Shown here one piece after another: positions 1 through 6,377 of a DNA stretch of 46,118 nucleotides. A program made the position numbers and the translations under genes. This DNA is from a virus. The notes below the pieces were generated by a model. It was not told the origin of the DNA, ran no database searches, and saw only the letters and a list, made by a program, of their open reading frames with translations. Position 1 is the stretch's first letter. The number at the start of each line of letters is the position of its first letter. The DNA lies in the IMG/VR virus record IMGVR_UViG_3300028048_000013. One strand, given 5' to 3'.

Positions 1-127
1 CCCGGTTGCGGTTTGCCAATTACTTTACGGCGTTCTGTTGCGGCGTGGAATTTTGGTCGTTCCTTGAAAACGCGGCCGTTATTTCGGACCATCCCATATT
101 CCGTTGGTTACGCCGATTTATGAAATT
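1..127. repeat. Terminal direct repeat copy 1, identical to 45992..46118 (circular-assembly overlap or terminal redundancy)
   Basis: Base-by-base comparison of both window ends: 1..127 equals 45992..46118 exactly. Confidence 0.97.
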
Positions 128-188
128 CAAGGTTGAGGACCAAATCGGAATGACGTTTGAGGAAGCACAAAAGGACGTGGCAAAATGA
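1..188 (+). CDS. 3' end of the same holin gene (wrap-around); total about 157 aa
   Basis: In frame with 45706.. across the 127-bp overlap. Ends ...FMKFKVEDQIGMTFEEAQKDVAK, TGA at 186..188, overlapping the next ATG (ATGA). Confidence 0.6.
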   Translation, partial: RLRFANYFTAFCCGVEFWSFLENAAVISDHPIFRWLRRFMKFKVEDQIGMTFEEAQKDVAK

Positions 189-685
189 AGAAACAAAACA
201 TTGATGCAATAGTTATCCATTGCACGGCATCCCGGGCCGGTCAAGATTTACGCGCCGCCGACATTGACAAAATGCACCAAGAACGCGGGTTTGCGATGAT
301 TGGTTACAATTATGTCGTGGACCTTGACGGAACGGTTGAGGTTGGCCGCCCGTTAAGCCGTGACGGGGCGCATTGCAACACGGCCGGATTGTCCGGTAAA
401 TCGTACAACAAACATTCAATCGGAATCGTGTACGTGGGCGGCCTTGACGAAAACGGGAACCCGGCCGATACCCGGACCCCGGAACAAAAGTTGTCGTTAG
501 CCAATCTTGTTTACAAGTTGATTGACGAATACCCGATTGTTGAGGTTATCGGGCATCGGGACGCAAGCCCGGACAAAAACGGAAACGGGAAAATCGAACG
601 GAACGAATGGATAAAACAATGTCCGTGTTTTTCTGTACGCGACGAATTTCCGATGGCGGTTTGTGTAGCAGAGAAAAAACAATAA
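185..685 (+). CDS. Endolysin, N-acetylmuramoyl-L-alanine amidase (Amidase_2/PGRP, T7-lysozyme-like)
   Basis: IVIHCTAS, GYNYVV, SIGIVYVGG, GHRD and a downstream CPC match zinc-amidase motifs; adjacent to the holin. Confidence 0.85.
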   Translation: MKKQNIDAIVIHCTASRAGQDLRAADIDKMHQERGFAMIGYNYVVDLDGTVEVGRPLSRDGAHCNTAGLSGKSYNKHSIGIVYVGGLDENGNPADTRTPEQKLSLANLVYKLIDEYPIVEVIGHRDASPDKNGNGKIERNEWIKQCPCFSVRDEFPMAVCVAEKKQ

Positions 686-694
686 CTTTGCCGT

Positions 695-1336
695 ATGATT
701 GGGATTTACAGATACACGAACCGCATTAACGGCAAATCTTATATTGGGAAATCAACCAATATTGAACAACGGAAAAATGGCCATTTGAGGAAAACGAAAA
801 ATGGCGATACGACATATTTTCATAATGCGTTGAGGAAATACGGCGAACAAAATTTTAATTTCGAAATACTTGAACTTTGCCAAGAATCGGAATTAGACGA
901 ACGCGAACGATATTGCATTGAACATTTCAATACAACAATTCCAAACGGGTATAATATGACCGTTGGCGGCGATGGTGGAAATATGTTTGATGTTCGCACG
1001 GCGGAACAACAGGAAGAAACCCGGCGTAAAATGTCGGAATCTCACAAAGGATTAAAACATACGGCAAAAGAAAAGGAAAAAATTTCTTTGGCACAAAAAG
1101 GGAAACCGCGTTTGTATGCGCGTGGTGTTCGTGCGTGGAATCGCGGAATGAAAATGCCGGAAGATTTCGGGCAAAAATCCCGTCGTGTTGGTCGTGAAAA
1201 TGGGATGTTTGGTAAAACACAATCCGATTTGTGCCGTGAAACAAACGCCCGAATCCATAAAGGCCAAACACCCGCCAATAAAGGAAAACATTTGGTTTGG
1301 GATAATCCCGAACACACAAAACACCATTACGAATAA
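695..1336 (+). CDS. GIY-YIG homing endonuclease with NUMOD3-like repeats
   Basis: N-terminus MIGIYRYTNRINGKSYIGKSTNIEQR...NGYN; C-terminal repeats SESHKGLKHTAKEKEKISLAQKGK of I-TevI type. Confidence 0.85.
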   Translation: MIGIYRYTNRINGKSYIGKSTNIEQRKNGHLRKTKNGDTTYFHNALRKYGEQNFNFEILELCQESELDERERYCIEHFNTTIPNGYNMTVGGDGGNMFDVRTAEQQEETRRKMSESHKGLKHTAKEKEKISLAQKGKPRLYARGVRAWNRGMKMPEDFGQKSRRVGRENGMFGKTQSDLCRETNARIHKGQTPANKGKHLVWDNPEHTKHHYE

Positions 1337-1361
1337 TGGCGATTTGCACGGCGAAAAGGAA

Positions 1362-1772
1362 ATGAAACGGATTGTTGCAATACTGTTGTGGATATGGCAA
1401 GCCCCGCAAAACGTTGTCGGGCTTGCCTTGCGTCTTTGGTATCGGGGCCGTGTCGCCGTCGTCCTGTTGTACGACCATCATTGCGGCGGCGTAACGTACC
1501 GGGTCGTTCCGGATTTGCCCGGCGGCGGAATATCGCTTGGCGCAACGGTATTGGTTAGGTATTATTTCATCGAATCCCCGGAATTGTACGCGCACGAATA
1601 CGGACTCGTCAAACAATCCCGGATTCTTGGCCCGTTGTACCTGTTCGTTATTGGCATCCCGTCGTTGTTGTGGGCCTGTTGGTACAGGAAACACAAACGC
1701 GGGTCGTATTACGCTTTTTATACTGAAAAATGGGCCGACCGATTGGGCGGCGTAATCCGTAATGAGAAATGA
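1362..1772 (+). CDS. Membrane protein, possible lysis accessory
   Basis: Internal ATG at 1362 in frame with track ORF 1185..1772, avoiding overlap with the endonuclease gene. Hydrophobic segments IVAILLWIW and ILGPLYLFVIGIPSLLWACWY. Confidence 0.55.
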   Translation: MKRIVAILLWIWQAPQNVVGLALRLWYRGRVAVVLLYDHHCGGVTYRVVPDLPGGGISLGATVLVRYYFIESPELYAHEYGLVKQSRILGPLYLFVIGIPSLLWACWYRKHKRGSYYAFYTEKWADRLGGVIRNEK

Positions 1773-2374
1773 AAAAGTATTTGTTTTTGGCGGCCGTCGC
1801 AATCGTGGCCGCCTTGGCCGTTATATGGGCCGACCGGAAGATTGAGCAATTGACCGCCGAACGGGACCGGTACGCCGGGAACACGGCGGCGTTGTTGTCC
1901 GACATTGAGCGTTACAGGGTTCGGGATTCCTTGAACGCCGCCCGGGTGCAATCACTTGAATTGACCGTAAAGGAATACGAACGATTCCGGGCCGACGATG
2001 CGGTATTGATAAAACAGTTGAAGCAACGCAACCGGGACTTGTCCGCCGTCAATAAGACGCAATCGCAAACCATCATTGATTTGCGGGCCGTTCCACGCGA
2101 TACCGTGGTTGCCGGGGACTCTGTACGGGTTCCGGCCGTGGCGGTCCATTGCGGCGACGCGTGGTTTGACTTTGACGGCATCTTGACGGCCGACCAATTC
2201 ACGGGTAAGTTGACCAATCGGGATTCCCTGTTATTGGCAGAAACGGTCAAATACCGCCGGTTCCTTGGTTTCCTTTGGAAAACGCGAAAAATTGAGGATC
2301 GGCAATTGGACGTTGTAAGCAAAAACCCGCATACGGAAATAATGGGAATCGAACACGTCGTAATTGAAAAATAA
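1769..2374 (+). CDS. N-terminally anchored coiled-coil protein, i-spanin-like candidate
   Basis: MKKYLFLAAVAIVAALAVIWA anchor followed by heptad-rich sequence; ATGA overlap with the previous gene; last gene of the lysis block. Confidence 0.45.
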   Translation: MKKYLFLAAVAIVAALAVIWADRKIEQLTAERDRYAGNTAALLSDIERYRVRDSLNAARVQSLELTVKEYERFRADDAVLIKQLKQRNRDLSAVNKTQSQTIIDLRAVPRDTVVAGDSVRVPAVAVHCGDAWFDFDGILTADQFTGKLTNRDSLLLAETVKYRRFLGFLWKTRKIEDRQLDVVSKNPHTEIMGIEHVVIEK

Positions 2375-2430
2375 CGATATTTGCACCAACCGACCGATTC
2401 TTATACGCAACAATAGGTTGTCGGCCTGTT

Positions 2431-2457
2431 AACCGTCCCGATTGGGGCGGTTTTTTC
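2431..2457 (+). terminator. Rho-independent terminator after the lysis block
   Basis: AACCGTCCC GATT GGGGCGGTT stem (one G-U) followed by TTTTTT. Confidence 0.7.
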
Positions 2458-2612
2458 GTTCCATCCCGGATTTGGCCGTTTTTAGGCGATTTGCGGGGCT
2501 TTCACGGTCCGGGTGGTACAAGTTATCGTCCGGGCCGTAAAAGTGTCTTAAATCGAAGAAACGCAAAAAATAACTTATTTTGCACGAAAGTTTGAAAAAT
2601 AATCAACTTTTT

Positions 2613-2643
2613 TTTGGTAGTTAAAAAATAATGACTAACTTTG
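2613..2643 (+). promoter_or_regulatory. Bacteroidota-type promoter P1 (-33 TTTG 2613..2616, -7 TAACTTTG 2636..2643)
   Basis: 19-nt spacing between boxes; part of a roughly 110-nt cassette repeated at P2, P3 and P4. Confidence 0.7.
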
Positions 2644-2647
2644 TACC

Positions 2648-2688
2648 CGGGTTGAGGTTATGACCCGACGGCCGGGGCCGGTTCCCCG
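2648..2688 (+). promoter_or_regulatory. Two-hairpin 5' leader of P1
   Basis: CGGGT..ACCCG (2648..2667) and CGGGG-CCGGTT-CCCCG (2673..2688); same architecture with compensatory changes in P2-P4. Confidence 0.6.
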
Positions 2689-2707
2689 AACAAAAATAAC
2701 AACAGTT

Positions 2708-2941
2708 ATGGCAACGTTAAAATACACAACCCGCGAAATCAACGGCAATTACAAAATCAAGGTTTCCGGCCTGTTCGATGGCAAAAAGGTTAATACGCTT
2801 GTGGGCGTTTCCGGGTTCCTTAAAATGGTCAACGATATTGAACTTTGCAACCGTCTTTTGGACCGGGCGTTTAACGATATGTCCGATTGTTGTGTGTGCA
2901 AATTACGTCGCGGATTGAAGATTTCATTTTACGTTCATTGA
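2708..2941 (+). CDS. Hypothetical early protein (77 aa)
   Basis: ATG at 2708, 19 nt after leader hairpin 2. The upstream in-frame ATG at 2660 lies inside the leader hairpin. Confidence 0.65.
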   Translation: MATLKYTTREINGNYKIKVSGLFDGKKVNTLVGVSGFLKMVNDIELCNRLLDRAFNDMSDCCVCKLRRGLKISFYVH

Positions 2942-2949
2942 AAAATTAC

Positions 2950-2957
2950 TATCTTTG
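2950..2957 (+). promoter_or_regulatory. -7 box TATCTTTG upstream of the HNH endonuclease gene
   Basis: Matches TAnnTTTG; no clean -33 TTTG seen. Confidence 0.45.
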
Positions 2958-2987
2958 CAACGAACGGTTGTTTGCCCCAACCGATAC

Positions 2988-3050
2988 GAAATTTAATGCC
3001 CTGTAAAGTAAATCCACGGGGGCAAAACGTGGGTTGAAATACGGGGCGTT
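2988..3050 (+). promoter_or_regulatory. Structured leader element copy A (63 nt), terminator-like
   Basis: Outer helix AATGCCCTGTA/TACGGGGCGTT, inner helix CCACG/CGTGG, then T7 and the ATG. Paralogous to 9973..10035. Confidence 0.6.
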
Positions 3051-3059
3051 TTTTTATGT

Positions 3060-3542
3060 ATGGAAAAATGGAAAGATGCGCCCGGATTCCCCGGGTATCA
3101 AGTAAGCGACACGGGCCGCGTGAAACGTTCGATAAACGGAAAGATGTTGCGCCCGGTTCGTTATTCCAATGGTTATTACGTTGTCAATTTGTCCGGCCGT
3201 CGTATTGGCGTACATCGCTTGGTTGGATTGGCATTTATTCCGAATCCGGACGGGTTGCCGCAAATCAACCACAAAAACGAAATCAAGACGGATAACCGGG
3301 TTGAAAATTTGGAATGGTGCGATTCCAAATACAACAACAATTATGGATTAAGAAATCAAAAAGTAAGTGTTTCGCTTTCGAAGCCGGTTAAACAGTTAAC
3401 CCGGGACGGCATATTGATTCGTGTATTTTACGGCATCCACGAAGCCGGGCGGGAAACCAATATTAATTATCGAAATATTTACCTTGTTTTAGCCGGTCAA
3501 AGGAAAACGGCGGGCGGTTATAAATGGGAATATGCGTTATGA
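3060..3542 (+). CDS. HNH homing endonuclease (NUMOD4 N-terminus, HNH_3-type core)
   Basis: MEKWKDAPGFPGYQVSDTGRVKR...VHRLVGLAFIPNPDGLPQINHKNEIKTDNRVENLEW. Confidence 0.85.
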   Translation: MEKWKDAPGFPGYQVSDTGRVKRSINGKMLRPVRYSNGYYVVNLSGRRIGVHRLVGLAFIPNPDGLPQINHKNEIKTDNRVENLEWCDSKYNNNYGLRNQKVSVSLSKPVKQLTRDGILIRVFYGIHEAGRETNINYRNIYLVLAGQRKTAGGYKWEYAL

Positions 3543-3706
3543 CTGTTGAGGATATAAGGAAAGAAATTGCCCGGCGGCAATCATTCATTCACGACGCGTT
3601 AATTGGCCAATCGCCGGAAGATTTGGAACGGCATTGGCGGTTGATGGGTGCGCAAGATGCGTTCAAGGGAATGTTACAATTCATTGATGAAAACAACCAA
3701 AAATAA
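3539..3706 (+). CDS. Hypothetical protein (55 aa)
   Basis: ATGA overlap with the HNH gene stop; frame of track ORF 3524..3706. Confidence 0.55.
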   Translation: MTVEDIRKEIARRQSFIHDALIGQSPEDLERHWRLMGAQDAFKGMLQFIDENNQK

Positions 3707-3712
3707 ACAGAT

Positions 3713-3949
3713 ATGCAAAAATTCAAATTTGGCAATCCGGCGTCGGTCGTTGAGGTTTCGAAAAGCCCGTTGGACCGTCCGGAACCGGGCAACCGGTACA
3801 CGATTTTCGATTGTCTTTGCCGGGGATTCGGGCAAAACAACAAAGGCCCGCGCAAGACGTACCAAATAACCGCAACCACGCCGTCGCAAGCCGCCCGAAT
3901 GGCGATTGACTTTTACCGTAAAGATTTTTTCAGCAATGGCACGGAATAG
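3713..3949 (+). CDS. Hypothetical protein (78 aa)
   Basis: ATG-initiated ORF, tight packing, TAG stop. Confidence 0.6.
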   Translation: MQKFKFGNPASVVEVSKSPLDRPEPGNRYTIFDCLCRGFGQNNKGPRKTYQITATTPSQAARMAIDFYRKDFFSNGTE

Positions 3950-4226
3950 CAAAAGCACGAAAGGCGATGAATACCGCGCCATAATGGAAAAAGACGGTAT
4001 TCGGGAATACAAGGTTTTGGCGTTCGTGTTCCTTTCGGATATGGGACCGCAATATTTCCATTACGAATTGATGATGGCGGACCCGCGCCCGGTTTATTAC
4101 CTGTTCGATTGTTTCGGGGAAACGGCCCAAGTAATCGTCCCGAATAACGAACCGGAAAACGAACGGATGTGCATACAGTTGGCCGAATCTTGCGGCGGTT
4201 CAAAGACAACCCCAAATTTGCGATAA
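3936..4226 (+). CDS. Hypothetical protein (96 aa)
   Basis: First ATG in track ORF 3906..4226 (the track start is TTG). Confidence 0.55.
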   Translation: MARNSKSTKGDEYRAIMEKDGIREYKVLAFVFLSDMGPQYFHYELMMADPRPVYYLFDCFGETAQVIVPNNEPENERMCIQLAESCGGSKTTPNLR

Positions 4227-4227
4227 G

Positions 4228-4785
4228 ATGGAAACAAACCGAATCGTCGAAGAATTACGCGCCAAGGCGTCGTTCGATTGGAACCCGGAACAAAAGGCGT
4301 GGTTCGAACAACAGGCAAACGACGCCCGGCCGGTCCAATGCGTCCGGATGCGCGACGCGTTCACGCCGGAACAATTGCAATTCCTGTTCAAGAATACCGG
4401 GTACAAGACACAACAAAAAATGTGTTACAGGAACGCGGCGGAATTGGTCGAACGTGTGGCGTGGATGGCCGGGCATTTCGACCCGGACGTACCCGAAACA
4501 AAATACGTTGAGGGCTTCGCGTATTGTTACGGCCTGTTACCCATCGAACACGCGTTTGTCAAGGTCGGCGACCTGTACGTGGACCCGACCTTTGAACGGG
4601 CCTTGCATCGGGACGTTCGCAAAGAAATTTACGCATCTTGCATCGAATTGGACTTTGAAACGATGGCCCGTTACCAAGTGGAAACCGGCTTTTACGGCGA
4701 ATTGTACGTGTACGATTATATGTGCAAGAATCGGCCGGAATTGGCCGCCCAAATCCGGGCACGTAACCCGCACAACAGGCGATAA
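4228..4785 (+). CDS. Transglutaminase-like / papain-fold cysteine peptidase candidate
   Basis: Ordered Cys-His-Asp: KMCYRNAAEL ... PIEHAFVKVGDLYVDPT resembles the C..A / HAW.E / DPT pattern of the transglutaminase-like superfamily. Confidence 0.45.
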   Translation: METNRIVEELRAKASFDWNPEQKAWFEQQANDARPVQCVRMRDAFTPEQLQFLFKNTGYKTQQKMCYRNAAELVERVAWMAGHFDPDVPETKYVEGFAYCYGLLPIEHAFVKVGDLYVDPTFERALHRDVRKEIYASCIELDFETMARYQVETGFYGELYVYDYMCKNRPELAAQIRARNPHNRR

Positions 4786-4813
4786 AAAACCGCACCCGGT
4801 TTCCCGGGCGCGG
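4784..4813 (-). terminator. Rho-independent terminator for the minus-strand gene
   Basis: On the minus strand: CCGCGCCCGG GAAA CCGGGTGCGG then TTTTTT. The single mismatch on the plus strand becomes a G-U pair on the minus strand. Confidence 0.6.
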
Positions 4814-4894
4814 CGGTCAAAATACCGTGTGGGCGATACGTGGGTAAAAAGACACGGCAAAGATAGGGAATTTCCGGGATAATCCGGCGGTTCC

Positions 4895-5038
4895 CTATTT
4901 CTTTTTGCTTTGCGTGGGCTTTTCACGATACCCGGCCGCGTATGCGGCGCGGCCTTGGCGTTCGGCCTGTTCTTTGGTGGGATAGACTTTGCCGGTTTGG
5001 CCCCATTGGTAGCCGCCCGGCACACGTTTAACGGGCAT
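4895..5038 (-). CDS. Small conserved-looking protein (47 aa), the only minus-strand gene found
   Basis: Hand translation gives MPVKRVPGGYQWGQTGKVYPTKEQAERQGRAAYAAGYREKPTQSKKK. It is below the 60-aa track cut-off and has its own -7 box and terminator. Confidence 0.55.
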   Translation of the reverse strand: MPVKRVPGGYQWGQTGKVYPTKEQAERQGRAAYAAGYREKPTQSKKK

Positions 5039-5066
5039 AACTGTTGATTTTTGGTGTTATCGTATG

Positions 5067-5074
5067 CAAATATA
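5067..5074 (-). promoter_or_regulatory. -7 box TATATTTG on the minus strand
   Basis: The reverse complement of CAAATATA matches TAnnTTTG, about 28 nt upstream of the minus-strand ATG at 5038. Confidence 0.5.
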
Positions 5075-5147
5075 CCGGGTTCGGCCCGGAATCTTGCACC
5101 CGGAACCCGAAAAAATGCAATTTTTTGCGAAAAATTAAGAAAAATTG

Positions 5148-5177
5148 TTTGGTATTAAGAAAAAAACACTATCTTTG
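5148..5177 (+). promoter_or_regulatory. Bacteroidota-type promoter P2 (-33 TTTG 5148..5151, -7 TATCTTTG 5170..5177)
   Basis: Member of the repeated cassette; divergent from the minus-strand promoter. Confidence 0.7.
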
Positions 5178-5181
5178 TACC

Positions 5182-5221
5182 CGGAACGTTGATGGTTCCG
5201 ACCGACCGGGCGGGTTCCCGG
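5182..5221 (+). promoter_or_regulatory. Two-hairpin 5' leader of P2
   Basis: CGGAAC..GTTCCG (5182..5200) and CCGGG-CGGGTT-CCCGG (5206..5221). Confidence 0.6.
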
Positions 5222-5244
5222 AAACAGTATTGACCGTTTTTGTT

Positions 5245-5451
5245 ATGGCAATCAACATCAATTCCAACCCCAACATCCGCGAATATCGCGTTATGTATCT
5301 TTTCGGCGCGTGGGTTACAAAAGAAATCATCTTTGCCGAATCCGACGACGAAGCGAAATACGACGCGGCCGAATCCGCCGAATCGCTTAAAAATTGGCCT
5401 TATGCCGTGGCCCTGTTTTGTGGCAATCGCAAGGTCGTTTCTTACAAGTAA
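5245..5451 (+). CDS. Hypothetical early protein (68 aa)
   Basis: ATG 23 nt after leader hairpin 2; MAININSNPNIREYRVMYLFG... Confidence 0.65.
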   Translation: MAININSNPNIREYRVMYLFGAWVTKEIIFAESDDEAKYDAAESAESLKNWPYAVALFCGNRKVVSYK

Positions 5452-5461
5452 GTTGAACCCC

Positions 5462-5481
5462 GGGGCCGGTCGCCCGGCCCC
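5462..5481 (+). promoter_or_regulatory. Intercistronic GC hairpin (8-bp stem), exactly 17 nt before the ATG at 5499
   Basis: GGGGCCGG TCGC CCGGCCCC flanked by AACCC and AACAA. Confidence 0.6.
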
Positions 5482-5498
5482 AACAATCCAAAAGCAAT

Positions 5499-5732
5499 AT
5501 GAAATACGGAATCAAGCGCGTTATTTCCATCCCGGTTGAACAACGCGGAATCATTGACGAAACCGGATGCCGCCGGTACACAATGACGTTGGAACAGTTG
5601 CAAGCCCTGTACAAGCAATTCGAAAATTTCGTGGCCGATTGCCCGCAACAGGAATACAACGAAAACAAATCGGCAATCATCGCGGTTTATTCGCTAATCC
5701 ATAAACACATCAACAACGAAATTTACAAGTAA
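5499..5732 (+). CDS. Hypothetical early protein (77 aa)
   Basis: ATG-initiated track ORF. Confidence 0.7.
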   Translation: MKYGIKRVISIPVEQRGIIDETGCRRYTMTLEQLQALYKQFENFVADCPQQEYNENKSAIIAVYSLIHKHINNEIYK

Positions 5733-5739
5733 CGATTGG

Positions 5740-5762
5740 CCCGGGAATCATCCCGGGTTTTT
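5740..5762 (+). terminator. Rho-independent terminator
   Basis: CCCGGGA ATCA TCCCGGG followed by TTTTT. Confidence 0.75.
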
Positions 5763-5764
5763 CG

Positions 5765-5772
5765 TATCTTTG
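5765..5772 (+). promoter_or_regulatory. -7 box TATCTTTG immediately after the terminator
   Basis: Matches TAnnTTTG; no clear -33 box. Confidence 0.4.
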
Positions 5773-5806
5773 CCATTGCTTTTTAGTTTCATAAACGATT
5801 ATGTGG

Positions 5807-5846
5807 GAACGGCCAATGTTGCGAAACGTCGGCCGTTCTTTGTTTT
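5807..5846 (+). terminator. Hairpin plus T-tract about 40 nt downstream of the 5765 box
   Basis: GAACGGCC (5807..5814) pairs with GGCCGTTC (5831..5838), followed by TTTGTTTTG. Confidence 0.45.
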
Positions 5847-6041
5847 GCCCGTATAGGCCAATTTCGGGCGATTTGGCGGCGTTTCCCGGCAAAATGGACC
5901 AACGGACCGTCCGGCGGCCGAAAGGCCCGTAAAACGAAAATCCGGGAAAAATAAGTGTTGGCCGGTCCGGCCCGGTCCCGGTCGGCCAAAAACGGTTTCT
6001 TAATGGCCGAAAAAGAATTTTTGAAAAATTATCAACTTTTT

Positions 6042-6072
6042 TTTGGTAATTAGGAAATAATACCTATCTTTG
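6042..6072 (+). promoter_or_regulatory. Bacteroidota-type promoter P3 (-33 TTTG 6042..6045, -7 TATCTTTG 6065..6072)
   Basis: 19-nt spacing; nearly identical to P1 from TTTGAAAAAT through GTACCCGGGTTGAGG. Confidence 0.75.
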
Positions 6073-6077
6073 TACCC

Positions 6078-6117
6078 GGGTTGAGGAACCAACCCAACCG
6101 ACCCGGCGGGTTCCGGG
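6078..6117 (+). promoter_or_regulatory. Two-hairpin 5' leader of P3
   Basis: GGGTTG..CAACCC (6078..6095) and CCCGG-CGGGTT-CCGGG (6102..6117). Confidence 0.6.
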
Positions 6118-6135
6118 GACTTAAAAACAACGACA

Positions 6136-6333
6136 ATGAACACAATTGAAACCGCCAACCGCACCAAAACAACGTATTTCGTTGAGTACATTTGCGACGA
6201 CCTTAACAACACGTATTGGCAATTGGTCCGTTCCCGTGACGCGGCAATACTTGCGGCCCACAAAGATTTGAACGACATTTACGCCCATTGCTTCATTTGC
6301 GGGATTAACAAACAGGACGTGACGATTTGGTAA
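6136..6333 (+). CDS. Hypothetical early protein (65 aa)
   Basis: ATG 18 nt after leader hairpin 2. Confidence 0.7.
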   Translation: MNTIETANRTKTTYFVEYICDDLNNTYWQLVRSRDAAILAAHKDLNDIYAHCFICGINKQDVTIW

Positions 6334-6340
6334 ATAACCC

Positions 6341-6360
6341 GGCCCCGGGCAACCGGGGCC
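6341..6360 (+). promoter_or_regulatory. Intercistronic GC hairpin with GCAA tetraloop, exactly 17 nt before the ATG at 6378
   Basis: GGCCCCGG GCAA CCGGGGCC flanked by AACCC and ACAA. Confidence 0.6.
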
Positions 6361-6377
6361 ACAACAACGAAAGAATT

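Noticed and set aside
660-690. TTTG-N19-TAACTTTG promoter-like pair before the GIY-YIG gene
   Set aside because: I did not annotate it as a promoter because the ATG at 695 lies only 4 nt past the -7 box. Transcription would probably start at or after the start codon. It is mentioned in the lysis-cassette finding as unresolved.
2660-2707. Upstream in-frame ATG at 2660 as the start of the first early ORF
   Set aside because: It lies inside leader hairpin 1 of cassette P1. The other three cassettes have no ATG at the equivalent place and begin their ORFs 15-23 nt after hairpin 2.
4169-4882. 237-aa plus-strand ORF rich in Arg, Ser and Thr
   Set aside because: It is an out-of-frame overlap of 4228..4785, which has the better start context and a recognisable Cys-His-Asp pattern. 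Its composition looks like an alternative-frame artefact.
5801-5932. 43-aa ORF in the non-coding island
   Set aside because: It uses codons otherwise avoided here (AGG, TCT), spans a terminator-like hairpin and has no protein-like features. It is kept only as an alternative in the sRNA finding.
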